From positions 20,857 to 64,487 of the forward strand of contig PBPE01000040.1 of the NCBI GenBank assembly GCA_002724585.1: 43,631 nt of DNA. Reading direction: 5' to 3'. The position numbers and the translations under genes are program-made. The DNA comes from Dehalococcoidia bacterium. Lineage in GTDB: Bacteria; Chloroflexota; Dehalococcoidia; Lucifugimonadales; UBA3495. Shown here one piece after another: positions 17,984 to 26,899 of this stretch. The notes below the pieces were generated by a model. The model searched no databases. It was not told where the DNA came from and saw only the letters and a program-made list of their open reading frames with translations. Every line of letters begins with the position of its first letter. Within the stretch, counting starts at the first letter, position 1.

Positions 17984-19387
17984 ATGGCAGAACAAGATAT
18001 AGCTTTAATGGCTCATCTAATGCGTAGGGCCGGATTTGGGTCTACTTATGAAGAACTTGAACGTAGAGTTTCGGCAGGGTATGAAGCGACCGTAGACGAA
18101 TTATTAAACCCTGAAGGCCAGCCAGATTTGGATATGGATATTCTGGAGCGTCATTTTATCGATTGGCGTGACATGAATGCTTTGGAAGTTAATCAAGCGT
18201 ATTGGACATATAGGATGATTAACACCCAAAGGCCCTTGCAGGAAAAAGTAGCTTTGTTTTGGCATGGGATACTCTGCACAGGCAACTCGAAATGTGAACA
18301 TGGACGACAGGTCCAGTTACAGCTTGATATGTTCCGCGAATTAGGAATGAAAACATTCCCTGAGATTCTCCGAGGGTTGGCTAGAGATCCAGCTATGGTT
18401 TTTTATCTGGATAACTGCATGAGCCATAAGGGTGCCATAAACGAGAACTGGGGAAGAGAGTTGTTAGAACTGTTTTCGTTGGGTGTGGGTATGGATGATG
18501 AAGCAAACTACTCGGAAGATGACGTTAAGGAAGCAGCCAGAGCATTTACAGGGTGGACCATCACTAATCCAATACCCCGTTACCCGTATGGTAGGTATGA
18601 ATCAAACTTTATATACAATCCGTACGATCATGACGAAGAGGAGAAAACATTCCTCGGAGAAACAGGTAATTTTAACGGCGATGAGATCATAGATATAATC
18701 TGCAAGCAACCTTCCGCAGCACGGTTCGTTGCTAGGCACCTGTATAACTTTTTCGTAGCAGATGAAGCAGAGGTTCCCGCATGGCAGAGAACCGCTCCTA
18801 GAGACCCAGAAGCGATCAAATTGCTGGAAGAGGAGTATTACCGGTCCGGCTATAATATTGGAGCAATGCTGAAAGTCTTATTTAACTCGGACTTCTTTAA
18901 AAACGCTCGGTTTGAAAAAGTTAAAAGTCCTACCGAGGTTGTTATAGGGACTATGAGACTGGTGCGTGATTTCACAGAGCCAAAACTCGGATTACATCCC
19001 CTTGCAAATACGATTCGGTACATGGGCCAAGACTTAATGAATCCTCCTACCGTAGAGGGATGGCATACTGGCAAAGAGTGGATCGATAGCGGCACACTGG
19101 TAGAAAGAATCAACTTTGCAGCAGATCAGCTAGGTAATATAGGGTTACCAGGTGTTAAAGACATAGTCTCTAGGATTGAATCTGAACAGATTACCAATCC
19201 AGAGGGATTAGTTGATAGATGCTTAGAGATGGTTGGAAGTTATCAGTTAGCCGACGAAACTAGAGGTCAATTAGTAGAGCATGCTGGTAAAGGCGGCAGT
19301 GTTACCCCGGGAACTCAAGAATATTCACAGTGCATTTCTGAGGTTTTGCAGTTGATTGTTGCTACACAGGAATATCAGTTCGCGTAA
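17984..19387 (+). CDS. DUF1800 family protein
   Basis: HLMRRAGFG, LQEKVALFWH, YLDN, NENWGRELLELFSLG, ARAFTGW, KVKSP, PPTVEGW; GAGGGGG RBS before MAEQD. Confidence 0.9.
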   Translation: MAEQDIALMAHLMRRAGFGSTYEELERRVSAGYEATVDELLNPEGQPDLDMDILERHFIDWRDMNALEVNQAYWTYRMINTQRPLQEKVALFWHGILCTGNSKCEHGRQVQLQLDMFRELGMKTFPEILRGLARDPAMVFYLDNCMSHKGAINENWGRELLELFSLGVGMDDEANYSEDDVKEAARAFTGWTITNPIPRYPYGRYESNFIYNPYDHDEEEKTFLGETGNFNGDEIIDIICKQPSAARFVARHLYNFFVADEAEVPAWQRTAPRDPEAIKLLEEEYYRSGYNIGAMLKVLFNSDFFKNARFEKVKSPTEVVIGTMRLVRDFTEPKLGLHPLANTIRYMGQDLMNPPTVEGWHTGKEWIDSGTLVERINFAADQLGNIGLPGVKDIVSRIESEQITNPEGLVDRCLEMVGSYQLADETRGQLVEHAGKGGSVTPGTQEYSQCISEVLQLIVATQEYQFA

Positions 19388-19441
19388 TTAGTATTGAATT
19401 GGCCTGGAATGACTAGAAAAGAAAATAAAGGAGAAGAATAA

Positions 19442-20575
19442 ATGACTTCTACCAAGAAAGATCCAGTATTAGTAGTCCTGCAGCTGTCGGGTGGTAACGA
19501 TGCGCTCAACACTGTCGTGCCTCATGGCGACCCTCGCTATTATGATAATCGACCAAATGTTAGGGTCCCTGAAGATCAAGTGTTAAAAATAGATGATAAT
19601 GTTGGTCTAAACCCTAATATGGGGCCAATGAAGAAGATATACGATGAAGGTAAGATGGCTATCATCCAAGGTGTGGGCTATCCTAACCCAAATCGTTCAC
19701 ATTTCCGATCTATGGATATCTGGCATACTTGTGAACCGGACACACAGGGAACCGAAGGATGGCTGGGGCGGACAATCAAAGAAATAGATCCCAACAAAGA
19801 AAATGTGTTGACCGCCGTAAACTTTGGACGTGGACTTCCTAGAGCTCTCGCGGCGCCGGGCGTTCCTGTTGCGTCAGTTGGCAACCTAGCGACGTACGGC
19901 GTGTTGACCGGTATAGAGGGAGAAGATCAGAGGGCTGATGCACTAGATGTATTTTCCAGGATATATTCTCCGACATTAGGCCGGAGTATGGTTGTAGATT
20001 ACTTATCTCAAACTGGAATGGATGCGTTGAAAGGCGCAGATATACTTAGTACAGCTCCTGAAAGTTACTCCTCTACTGTTGAATATGGAAGCGATGTTGT
20101 TGGTCAGTATATGAAAAATATTGCTCAGGTCCATTTGGCTGGATTTGGGACGAGAATATTATATACAACAGCTCCATACAACAGTTTCGATACACATGCT
20201 GGAGAACTCGCTGCCCATGCGAAGTTATGGACAGATACATCGAACGCAATATCAGACTTTTACGATGACCTGCGTGAACATAATGCTAGTGATAACGTAT
20301 TACTCTTAGTGTTTACCGAGTTTGGTCGTCGGGTTCATGACAACGGTTCGGGCACTGATCACGGCTCCGGTGGTATGGCTTTTCTGATTGGAGATCACGT
20401 GAATGGTGGTTTGTATGGTGAGTATCCGTCATTGGAAGAAAGTAAACTTCTAGAGGGCGACTTGCACTTTAACAACGATTTCCGAGGGATATATACAAGC
20501 ATAATAGAAGATTGGATGAATATGGATGCTAAGCCAATAGTCAACGGCGGATTTGAGAAATTCGCACTAGTCTAA
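19442..20575 (+). CDS. DUF1501 family protein
   Basis: LVVLQLSGGNDALN, NRSHFRSMDIW, FDTH, TEFGRR, GTDHG, DFRGIY. Confidence 0.92.
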   Translation: MTSTKKDPVLVVLQLSGGNDALNTVVPHGDPRYYDNRPNVRVPEDQVLKIDDNVGLNPNMGPMKKIYDEGKMAIIQGVGYPNPNRSHFRSMDIWHTCEPDTQGTEGWLGRTIKEIDPNKENVLTAVNFGRGLPRALAAPGVPVASVGNLATYGVLTGIEGEDQRADALDVFSRIYSPTLGRSMVVDYLSQTGMDALKGADILSTAPESYSSTVEYGSDVVGQYMKNIAQVHLAGFGTRILYTTAPYNSFDTHAGELAAHAKLWTDTSNAISDFYDDLREHNASDNVLLLVFTEFGRRVHDNGSGTDHGSGGMAFLIGDHVNGGLYGEYPSLEESKLLEGDLHFNNDFRGIYTSIIEDWMNMDAKPIVNGGFEKFALV

Positions 20576-20645
20576 ATTGTGGTTGCATTCAAGAATCAAT
20601 GACTACGCGCTAGGTCTTTTGGAAATACAAAATAGTGAGGTAATA

Positions 20646-21716
20646 ATGGCTACACAAACAATAAGTGTAACGTTGCAATACGAGAAATCCATAGGAAGGG
20701 CAGAGTTTTCTGGGCCTGGATTCCGTAATCCTGTCGCAATGGCACGCGGCGAAGACGATACTATGTACGTGGTTAGCAGGTCGTATGAATACCGACCGGA
20801 CGGTAAACGAATAACCATATGCACGACTGATGAGGATTATGTAGGGGAATTCGCCAGAGGTGTAACTGATCAAGGAGAAGGGGAGGCCACATCTGCTGAC
20901 GGCGCTCTCATTTGGCCCACTGCTATAGCGATCAATAGCGAAGGAAACGTTTACGTCGCTGATGAAGCCCTAGATAGGGTATCTATTTACAACCAAGATG
21001 GCGAATTTCTTGGCAAATGGGAAAAATCTGGTTCCGGTGATGGTGAGTGGAGCAAGCCTTCCGGATTAGCTTTCGGACAAGGTGACGTCCTATATATGGT
21101 AGATAGTGGTAATAATAGAGTGCAAAAATTCGCCAAAGACGGTCAATTTCTTGGTCAATGGGGTTCGAAAGGGACCGGAGACGGGGAATTTAACATGCCT
21201 TATGGCATAACTGTCGATGCTAACGGAGATGTTTATGTAGCTGATTGGCGAAATGATCGTATTCAGAAATTCAGCTCTGATGGCCAATTCTTAATGAAGT
21301 TCGGATCGCATGGTTCTGATCCAGGCGAATTGGATAGGCCAACTGATGTTGCAGTTGATGGCGATGGTGATATCTATGTAGCCGATTGGAATAACGAAAG
21401 GTTGCAGGTGTTCGACCGGGACGGTAACTATCTGACTCATACTGAAGGTGAGGGTACATTGTCTAAATGGGGTGCAGCCAAACTAGATGGCGGAAACCCA
21501 GAAATGTGGCATGAGAGAGCAGTTGCGCAAGGTCTAGAACGCGAAAAGCTGTTCTGGGGTCCAATTGCAGTAGAAGTTGACGATGACGGCAAAATATTTG
21601 TTGTAGAATCAGCTAGGTCACGTATTCAGGTATTTAGGAAGCAGTACCCACGGTATTATGGACCTGGTGAATCTATGCCGGGGACCGTTGGTGGTGTAGG
21701 CAGTGGAAGGCTCTAA
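20646..21716 (+). CDS. NHL-repeat six-bladed beta-propeller protein
   Basis: Repeated GEFxxPxGIxVDxxGxVYVADxxNxRIQKF units; GAGG RBS before MATQ. Confidence 0.9.
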   Translation: MATQTISVTLQYEKSIGRAEFSGPGFRNPVAMARGEDDTMYVVSRSYEYRPDGKRITICTTDEDYVGEFARGVTDQGEGEATSADGALIWPTAIAINSEGNVYVADEALDRVSIYNQDGEFLGKWEKSGSGDGEWSKPSGLAFGQGDVLYMVDSGNNRVQKFAKDGQFLGQWGSKGTGDGEFNMPYGITVDANGDVYVADWRNDRIQKFSSDGQFLMKFGSHGSDPGELDRPTDVAVDGDGDIYVADWNNERLQVFDRDGNYLTHTEGEGTLSKWGAAKLDGGNPEMWHERAVAQGLEREKLFWGPIAVEVDDDGKIFVVESARSRIQVFRKQYPRYYGPGESMPGTVGGVGSGRL

Positions 21717-21823
21717 ATAGGAACCACATAACCCATATTACGTAACTATATTCCCAAACAAAGTCGAATCAAATGAACTTGTGAGGCTCTGTTTGGGATA
21801 ATTTCTGTCTTTGTGGAGGATAA

Positions 21824-22246
21824 TTGACTACCCAGCAAGAAGTTGTGGCTCTCCTAAAGCCGCTAGGGCTTAGGTTGACCCCACAAAGGCTCGCGATCGC
21901 TGAAGTTATCATCAATTCAGCTGACCATCCGACAGTTAAAGAGGTTTTTGATCGTGTTAGGGAATTTTTCCCATATATAACAATTGCTACCGTGTATTCG
22001 ACATTAACAACTCTTTGTGAGGCTGGAGTTGTACATGAGTTGGCTTTTCAGAGGCAATCACGGTACGATGCAAATATATCACCTCATGCTAACTTAGTTT
22101 GTATAAACTGTGGATCAGTTATAGATTCAGAGGTAGGCCAAGATACAGTCAGTGAACTCCGTGGAATAATATCTGATGAGTCATCTTTCACAGTCGCGTC
22201 GCAAAGAGTAGATTTTTACGGCTTATGCGAAGGTTGTTCTCCATAA
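21824..22246 (+). CDS. perR: Fur-family transcriptional regulator, PerR-like
   Basis: RLTPQR, DHPT, ATVY, RYD, HxxLVCINCGSVID (Asp at the PerR D104 position), CEGC; TTG start after GGAGGA. Confidence 0.75.
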   Translation: MTTQQEVVALLKPLGLRLTPQRLAIAEVIINSADHPTVKEVFDRVREFFPYITIATVYSTLTTLCEAGVVHELAFQRQSRYDANISPHANLVCINCGSVIDSEVGQDTVSELRGIISDESSFTVASQRVDFYGLCEGCSP

Positions 22247-22377
22247 CTGACTAGAACTCTCTCGACTTATAGGAGATAGCTGGTCGAAATGCTTTCCGGT
22301 AGTACATGATACTGTGAACTCCCTTAATAGCTTGGTGTACTCTTGCGATTACTATTCATATTGAAGGTGCTCGTGCG

Positions 22378-23556
22378 TTGGCAGTTATATCCCAATTATT
22401 CTTGACTAATTTTAGAAGTTTTCAAGAGCTAAACTTACAGCTTTCACCAGGGATTATTGTTTTTCATGGTGATAATGCGCAAGGGAAAACCACTCTGCTT
22501 GAAGCAATATACCTTCTAGCGATAGCAAGGTCATATAGAGCTGAGAATGAAAGAGAGGTCGTAAACTTTGACGCAGCGAAAAGAGGCGAGCAAGGATTGG
22601 TCGGCGGACTAGTACTTCAGCAAACTGAGCCTCTTAGTGTTTATGTAGGATATCAAACACTAGTTCTACCTGACTCAGAAAAAAATGATGTTGAAGATAA
22701 CAACGTTGTCAGATATTCAGTACGAAAACAGATTCGTGTCAACAAAATTGCACGGACCTCATCCCAGCTCATTGGGCAAGTTAGTGCCGTTCTTTTTAGC
22801 GCCGAAGATATAGATTTAGTGTACGGATCTCCGTCGAGACGTCGGAAATTTCTGAATATATTGATTTCTCAAGCTGACTCAGCTTATGTTTCGTCGTTGC
22901 AGAGATATCAAAGAGTAATACATCAAAGAAATCAACTCCTCAAATCCATTCGAGAGAATAGATCTGAAATCGGGGAACTAGAATACTGGGATGAACAATT
23001 AGTCATTGAAGGGACACATATTATTTCAAAACGGCAAGTATGTATGCTGACTCTCTCGGAATTGTGTTTGGAGCACCATAAATCTTTAGGTGAATCTGAC
23101 ACAGTTTTTCAGATTAAGTACATCCCAAGTATCACGCCTGGTAGAAGTGCTGATGAAACTTCAACCCATTTTGCCGAATCCCTTAGAGAGTTGAGGAAGC
23201 GTGAAATCTTCTCTGCTACTACTTTAATAGGGCCACATCGGGATGATTTTTCAATGATGGATGGTGTACGAAATCTCGGAACATTCTCCTCGCGAGGAGA
23301 AGCCAGAACCTCAGCCTTAATATTACGATTAGCTGAAGCATCTTATTTATCAGCCCGACGCGGAGATCCGCCGATTATATTGTTAGATGATGTGTTATCA
23401 GAAATGGACGTGAATAGAAGATCTAGGGTAATGTCTAAATTAAGGGATTATCCGCAGTCGATCATAACTACTACAGATAGAGGTATTGTTAGCGAGTATT
23501 TTGGAGAAACAGCCTCTTACTTTTTGGTTGCAAAAGGCGCAGTACAACAAACTTAA
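22378..23556 (+). CDS. recF: DNA replication and repair protein RecF
   Basis: LTNFRS, GDNAQGKTTLLEAIY, GSPSRRRKFL, GPHRDD, SRGE, LLDDVLSEMD. Confidence 0.95.
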   Translation: MAVISQLFLTNFRSFQELNLQLSPGIIVFHGDNAQGKTTLLEAIYLLAIARSYRAENEREVVNFDAAKRGEQGLVGGLVLQQTEPLSVYVGYQTLVLPDSEKNDVEDNNVVRYSVRKQIRVNKIARTSSQLIGQVSAVLFSAEDIDLVYGSPSRRRKFLNILISQADSAYVSSLQRYQRVIHQRNQLLKSIRENRSEIGELEYWDEQLVIEGTHIISKRQVCMLTLSELCLEHHKSLGESDTVFQIKYIPSITPGRSADETSTHFAESLRELRKREIFSATTLIGPHRDDFSMMDGVRNLGTFSSRGEARTSALILRLAEASYLSARRGDPPIILLDDVLSEMDVNRRSRVMSKLRDYPQSIITTTDRGIVSEYFGETASYFLVAKGAVQQT

Positions 23557-23698
23557 ATCACTAAACGTGATAACTTTATTCGCGGTTCTTAATTTATACC
23601 GATGATATAATCCTATCGTTTCCGGGATTTGCTGATGTTGTTTATAGGAGTGAATTGTCATTAATATTGACGCTGTAATAAGTGCACTTGGACTAAGT

Positions 23699-24790
23699 GT
23701 GCCATCTCTCGTTTCAGTCTTGGTGTCGTTATCTGTCATAGCGGCTACCGTAATACTAGTACTCCTACTGTACAGCGTTATTTTTCCATTGATACGCCGC
23801 GTAGGTAGGTACGATCCAACTAGTCTTGTAGGTACATTCCTAATATCTCTACGTCTCCCAGTAGCATTGTATATAGGGTTATTCGGCCTTTATGTGGCTG
23901 TTACTGTACCGTTTGATATAAACAGCCTAGAGTCAGCGGTGATCAATAAATTCGCTTTCTTATGTGCCATTGCAATAACTGTACTGGCAATAGCTGTAGT
24001 TATTTCTAAGGGATGCTTATGGTATATCCTGAACATCGCGCCCAAAACACCTACCATATTGGATGACCGAATAATGCCTTTGGTTAGGCGTGTGGCGGTG
24101 CTGATAGTTATCGGTATTGGTGGACTACAGATATTAGATCAATTGGGTATAAATATTAGTCCTCTACTAGCTGGTCTGGGACTCGGGGGATTGGCTGTAG
24201 CACTCGCTTTGCAGCCAACTCTTAGTAATATATTTTCTGGCACCTATGTAATGACCGAAGGTGTTGTTGCGCCTGGTGATTATATAGAAATGGAAGGTGG
24301 ATTGTCCGGATATGTTATAGATGTTAGTTGGCGTAGTACTCGCTTGAGGACTTGGGAAAATAACCTAATCGTTGTACCTAATTCTAGATTTGCCGAATCA
24401 ATAATCACGAATTATCGGAGCCCTTCATTACCAATGAATATATTGGTGACTTGTGGAGTTAGTTATGATAGTGATCTCGACAGAGTTGAATTTATAGCAA
24501 AAGAAGTGATGGAAACTGTGCTGTCGTCCGACCCAAATGCAGTAGAATCGTATGGAAGTTGGTTTGGTTTTGATAATTTTGGTGATTCGAACGTGGATTT
24601 CTGGCTATTCCTTCAAGCAAGAGATAGATTGTCGAGTTTTGAATTGAAGAGTAATCTTATCAAGCATTTGCATAAGAGGTTCTCTGAAGAAGCCATAGTG
24701 ATAAATTATCCAGTAAGAACACTGCAATTCCCCGAGAAGTTACTTGTAGAGACAAATAATAACAATGAAAATATCATTCACACGGGGTAA
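23699..24790 (+). CDS. mscS: Small-conductance mechanosensitive channel (MscS family)
   Basis: LLAGLGLGGLAVALALQPTLSNIFSG, GDYI, WRSTRLRT, VPNS, GVSYDSD, FGDS. Confidence 0.9.
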   Translation: MPSLVSVLVSLSVIAATVILVLLLYSVIFPLIRRVGRYDPTSLVGTFLISLRLPVALYIGLFGLYVAVTVPFDINSLESAVINKFAFLCAIAITVLAIAVVISKGCLWYILNIAPKTPTILDDRIMPLVRRVAVLIVIGIGGLQILDQLGINISPLLAGLGLGGLAVALALQPTLSNIFSGTYVMTEGVVAPGDYIEMEGGLSGYVIDVSWRSTRLRTWENNLIVVPNSRFAESIITNYRSPSLPMNILVTCGVSYDSDLDRVEFIAKEVMETVLSSDPNAVESYGSWFGFDNFGDSNVDFWLFLQARDRLSSFELKSNLIKHLHKRFSEEAIVINYPVRTLQFPEKLLVETNNNNENIIHTG

Positions 24791-24830
24791 TCTGAATTCT
24801 GAGGCTATTTGAATAAAATAGTCGGTATCC

Positions 24831-24859
24831 TTGCTACCATTCTAGGCGATTGCTATAAT
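24831..24859 (+). promoter_or_regulatory. Promoter of tRNA-Ile
   Basis: TTGCTA, 17-nt spacer, TATAAT with extended -10 TGn. Confidence 0.7.
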
Positions 24860-24879
24860 TCATGTTCGATACCCGAAAG

Positions 24880-24956
24880 GGGCCTGTAGCTCAGGTGGTT
24901 AGAGCGCAGTCCTGATAAGACTGAGGTCGTTGGTTCGAGTCCATCCAGGCCCACCA
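24880..24956 (+). tRNA. tRNA-Ile(GAT)
   Basis: Acceptor stem GGGCCTG/CAGGCCC, D-arm GCTC/GAGC, anticodon stem CAGTC/GACTG with loop CTGATAA, TTCGAGT T-loop, encoded CCA. Confidence 0.97.
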
Positions 24957-24986
24957 TCAAATTCTAGTTAGATAAGCATATATCGA

Positions 24987-25901
24987 CTAAAGAATAGCGA
25001 TGGGGTTAACAGGAGACCCTGTACCCCCAACTACTCGTAATGGATTAACTGTTAACATAAATTCGTAACGATTCTCTTGTCTGCACGCATCAGCTAACGG
25101 TTCCAATAGTGCATTATCCAATAATCCGATCCCGTATGCGAAGATAGCCGCGTGAACTGACCATGGGATATCATAACCGCTTGGCATGTAATCCATCATG
25201 TCCCAGACTAATAGGCAGCAATCGGATTGTCTGAGAAATTTTAGACACGAAGCGTGTAAACCAGGCCTGCCAGATGGATCGCTTCCCCACATAGGATTCG
25301 TTTCGTTCCATTTTTCTCTTCCGCCGTATACGCAAATTGCGTCTCCCTGTTCAAGAGAAACGCCTTGTGATTTGGCTATGTCTTCTAGTTCCCAGCCATG
25401 TATTGGACTCTGCATTGAAGCGAATGGTTCTCCTCTGTAAGAAGGTACATCTAGGAGAACACCTCTGGTTATTATTCCTTCCTTCCATTGCTCTACTGAG
25501 CCCCAGGTGGAACCTTGGAATGTTATGACATCATCAGGGTTTCTACCATTCCACATTCCATTTTCATCCCAGACATGACATAAGGCATCCAGATGAGTGT
25601 TAGCTTGCCCGTGATAGGAGACGCCGTAGTAGTCTGTAGCGGATCCGCCTCGAGGCGGGCGTTCATTGCGATTCATGAAATGTTGGGCGGGCGTCGGATT
25701 ATTTGCGGCTGGTGTTTTAGGGAATTCTCTACTTAAGGACACCGCACGGCCAGACTTAACTAAACTGGCAGCGTGTAGACGTTTTTTATTGTCTATCATA
25801 TTTACTGCGCCAATCTGGTCATCTTGGCCCCAGCGTCCCCAGTTACGGTCATTCTGGATGTACGATAGAATTTCTTCTTGAGTAGGAATCTTATTATTCA
25901 T
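24987..25901 (-). CDS. Cyclase family (kynurenine formamidase-like) metal-dependent hydrolase
   Basis: NWGRWGQDDQIG, HGQANTHLDALCH, GIITRGVLLD, GGTGSPVNPIA. Confidence 0.88.
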   Translation of the reverse strand: MNNKIPTQEEILSYIQNDRNWGRWGQDDQIGAVNMIDNKKRLHAASLVKSGRAVSLSREFPKTPAANNPTPAQHFMNRNERPPRGGSATDYYGVSYHGQANTHLDALCHVWDENGMWNGRNPDDVITFQGSTWGSVEQWKEGIITRGVLLDVPSYRGEPFASMQSPIHGWELEDIAKSQGVSLEQGDAICVYGGREKWNETNPMWGSDPSGRPGLHASCLKFLRQSDCCLLVWDMMDYMPSGYDIPWSVHAAIFAYGIGLLDNALLEPLADACRQENRYEFMLTVNPLRVVGGTGSPVNPIAIL

Positions 25902-26000
25902 GTTACCGCTCCTTAGTAATAGGATTTACCAGATGTTATTGGCTGAGTCCATTTGCTTTCCGTATTAATCTAAATGGTATAAATAATCGCAATACCACTC

Positions 26001-26297
26001 TTACTTTCTCTGGTTAGATCGTCTGACCCGGAAAATACCAGTGTGTCGTTGGTTCCTGATCCATTTCAAGTATTTTCTTATTTCAGGATTGTTATTCAAT
26101 AAGCTGATATTGAATAATTCGTTGGCTAAGGTAGATTCCGAAAACAGGGCGTGTACTTGTCTGTGACATGTACTGCATAGGTCAGCAGTTGCGCCGAATT
26201 TTCCGCCCTTCGACTTTGGAATCAAATGGTGGACCGTATATCTATCTACTTCTCTCCGGCATAGTTCGCATTTTATTCTTGTGCTCTCTGCATACAT
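26001..26297 (-). CDS. Small HNH endonuclease (YisB-like)
   Basis: CELC...TVHHLIPKSKGG...LCSTCHRQVH. Confidence 0.8.
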   Translation of the reverse strand: MYAESTRIKCELCRREVDRYTVHHLIPKSKGGKFGATADLCSTCHRQVHALFSESTLANELFNISLLNNNPEIRKYLKWIRNQRHTGIFRVRRSNQRK

Positions 26298-26311
26298 AAA
26301 AAGAGATCATT

Positions 26312-26806
26312 TTAATTATGGTGCATATCGTGGTCATTGTTGTAAAGATATCGCCATGTAGGCATATCTACTTGCCATGAATGATCTTCCAATATCATCG
26401 GTATTACCAATCCCGACATCATACGTCTTTCATGGACGCGGCTGTTGTCTTGCGTAACCCCGAAAGGTAGAAAAACAAAGGCATGCACATCGTCAATATA
26501 ATTAGTTGGAGATACTCCCAGATCAGTTAAATCTTCCAATGGCCACATACCTAATACGGTCGTTCGGAAATCTTCCATCATTGAGATTCTCATCGGATGA
26601 CCAGAGTCGTAACCTGCCTGATAAGCATCTTGCATATTGATATTATTTTTGGTTGCCCAAACTCCCATACGCATACCTTTCGTCTCTTTAGATAATAGGG
26701 ACCAAGCCAGGTCCATATTTCCATCTCGCACTGATTCTGCGAATAGGCCTGCTCTATTTCCTACGTCATCGGGTTCAAGGCTTCTTTTTTTTCCTGGTAT
26801 GCGCAT
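26312..26806 (-). CDS. Hypothetical protein
   Basis: 164-aa ORF in operon orientation; AWSLLSKE...WQVD pattern weakly suggests an NTF2-like fold. Confidence 0.6.
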   Translation of the reverse strand: MRIPGKKRSLEPDDVGNRAGLFAESVRDGNMDLAWSLLSKETKGMRMGVWATKNNINMQDAYQAGYDSGHPMRISMMEDFRTTVLGMWPLEDLTDLGVSPTNYIDDVHAFVFLPFGVTQDNSRVHERRMMSGLVIPMILEDHSWQVDMPTWRYLYNNDHDMHHN

Positions 26807-26899
26807 TGTGCCTACTTCCGTATCTCAAGGTAGAGAATGATTTTGATATTCAGTGATTGGTTGGATGATGGGGCGAATTAAGTAATCAATTAATCAGAG

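Noticed and set aside
20950-21430. Recurring DNA similarity that could suggest a CRISPR or repeat array
   Set aside because: Degenerate in-frame NHL protein repeats with no repeat-spacer structure.
21752-21798. TCCCAAACA/TGTTTGGGA inverted repeat before perR
   Set aside because: Nine-bp arms with a long, weakly pairing spacer and no clear U-tract or Per box; too weak to call.
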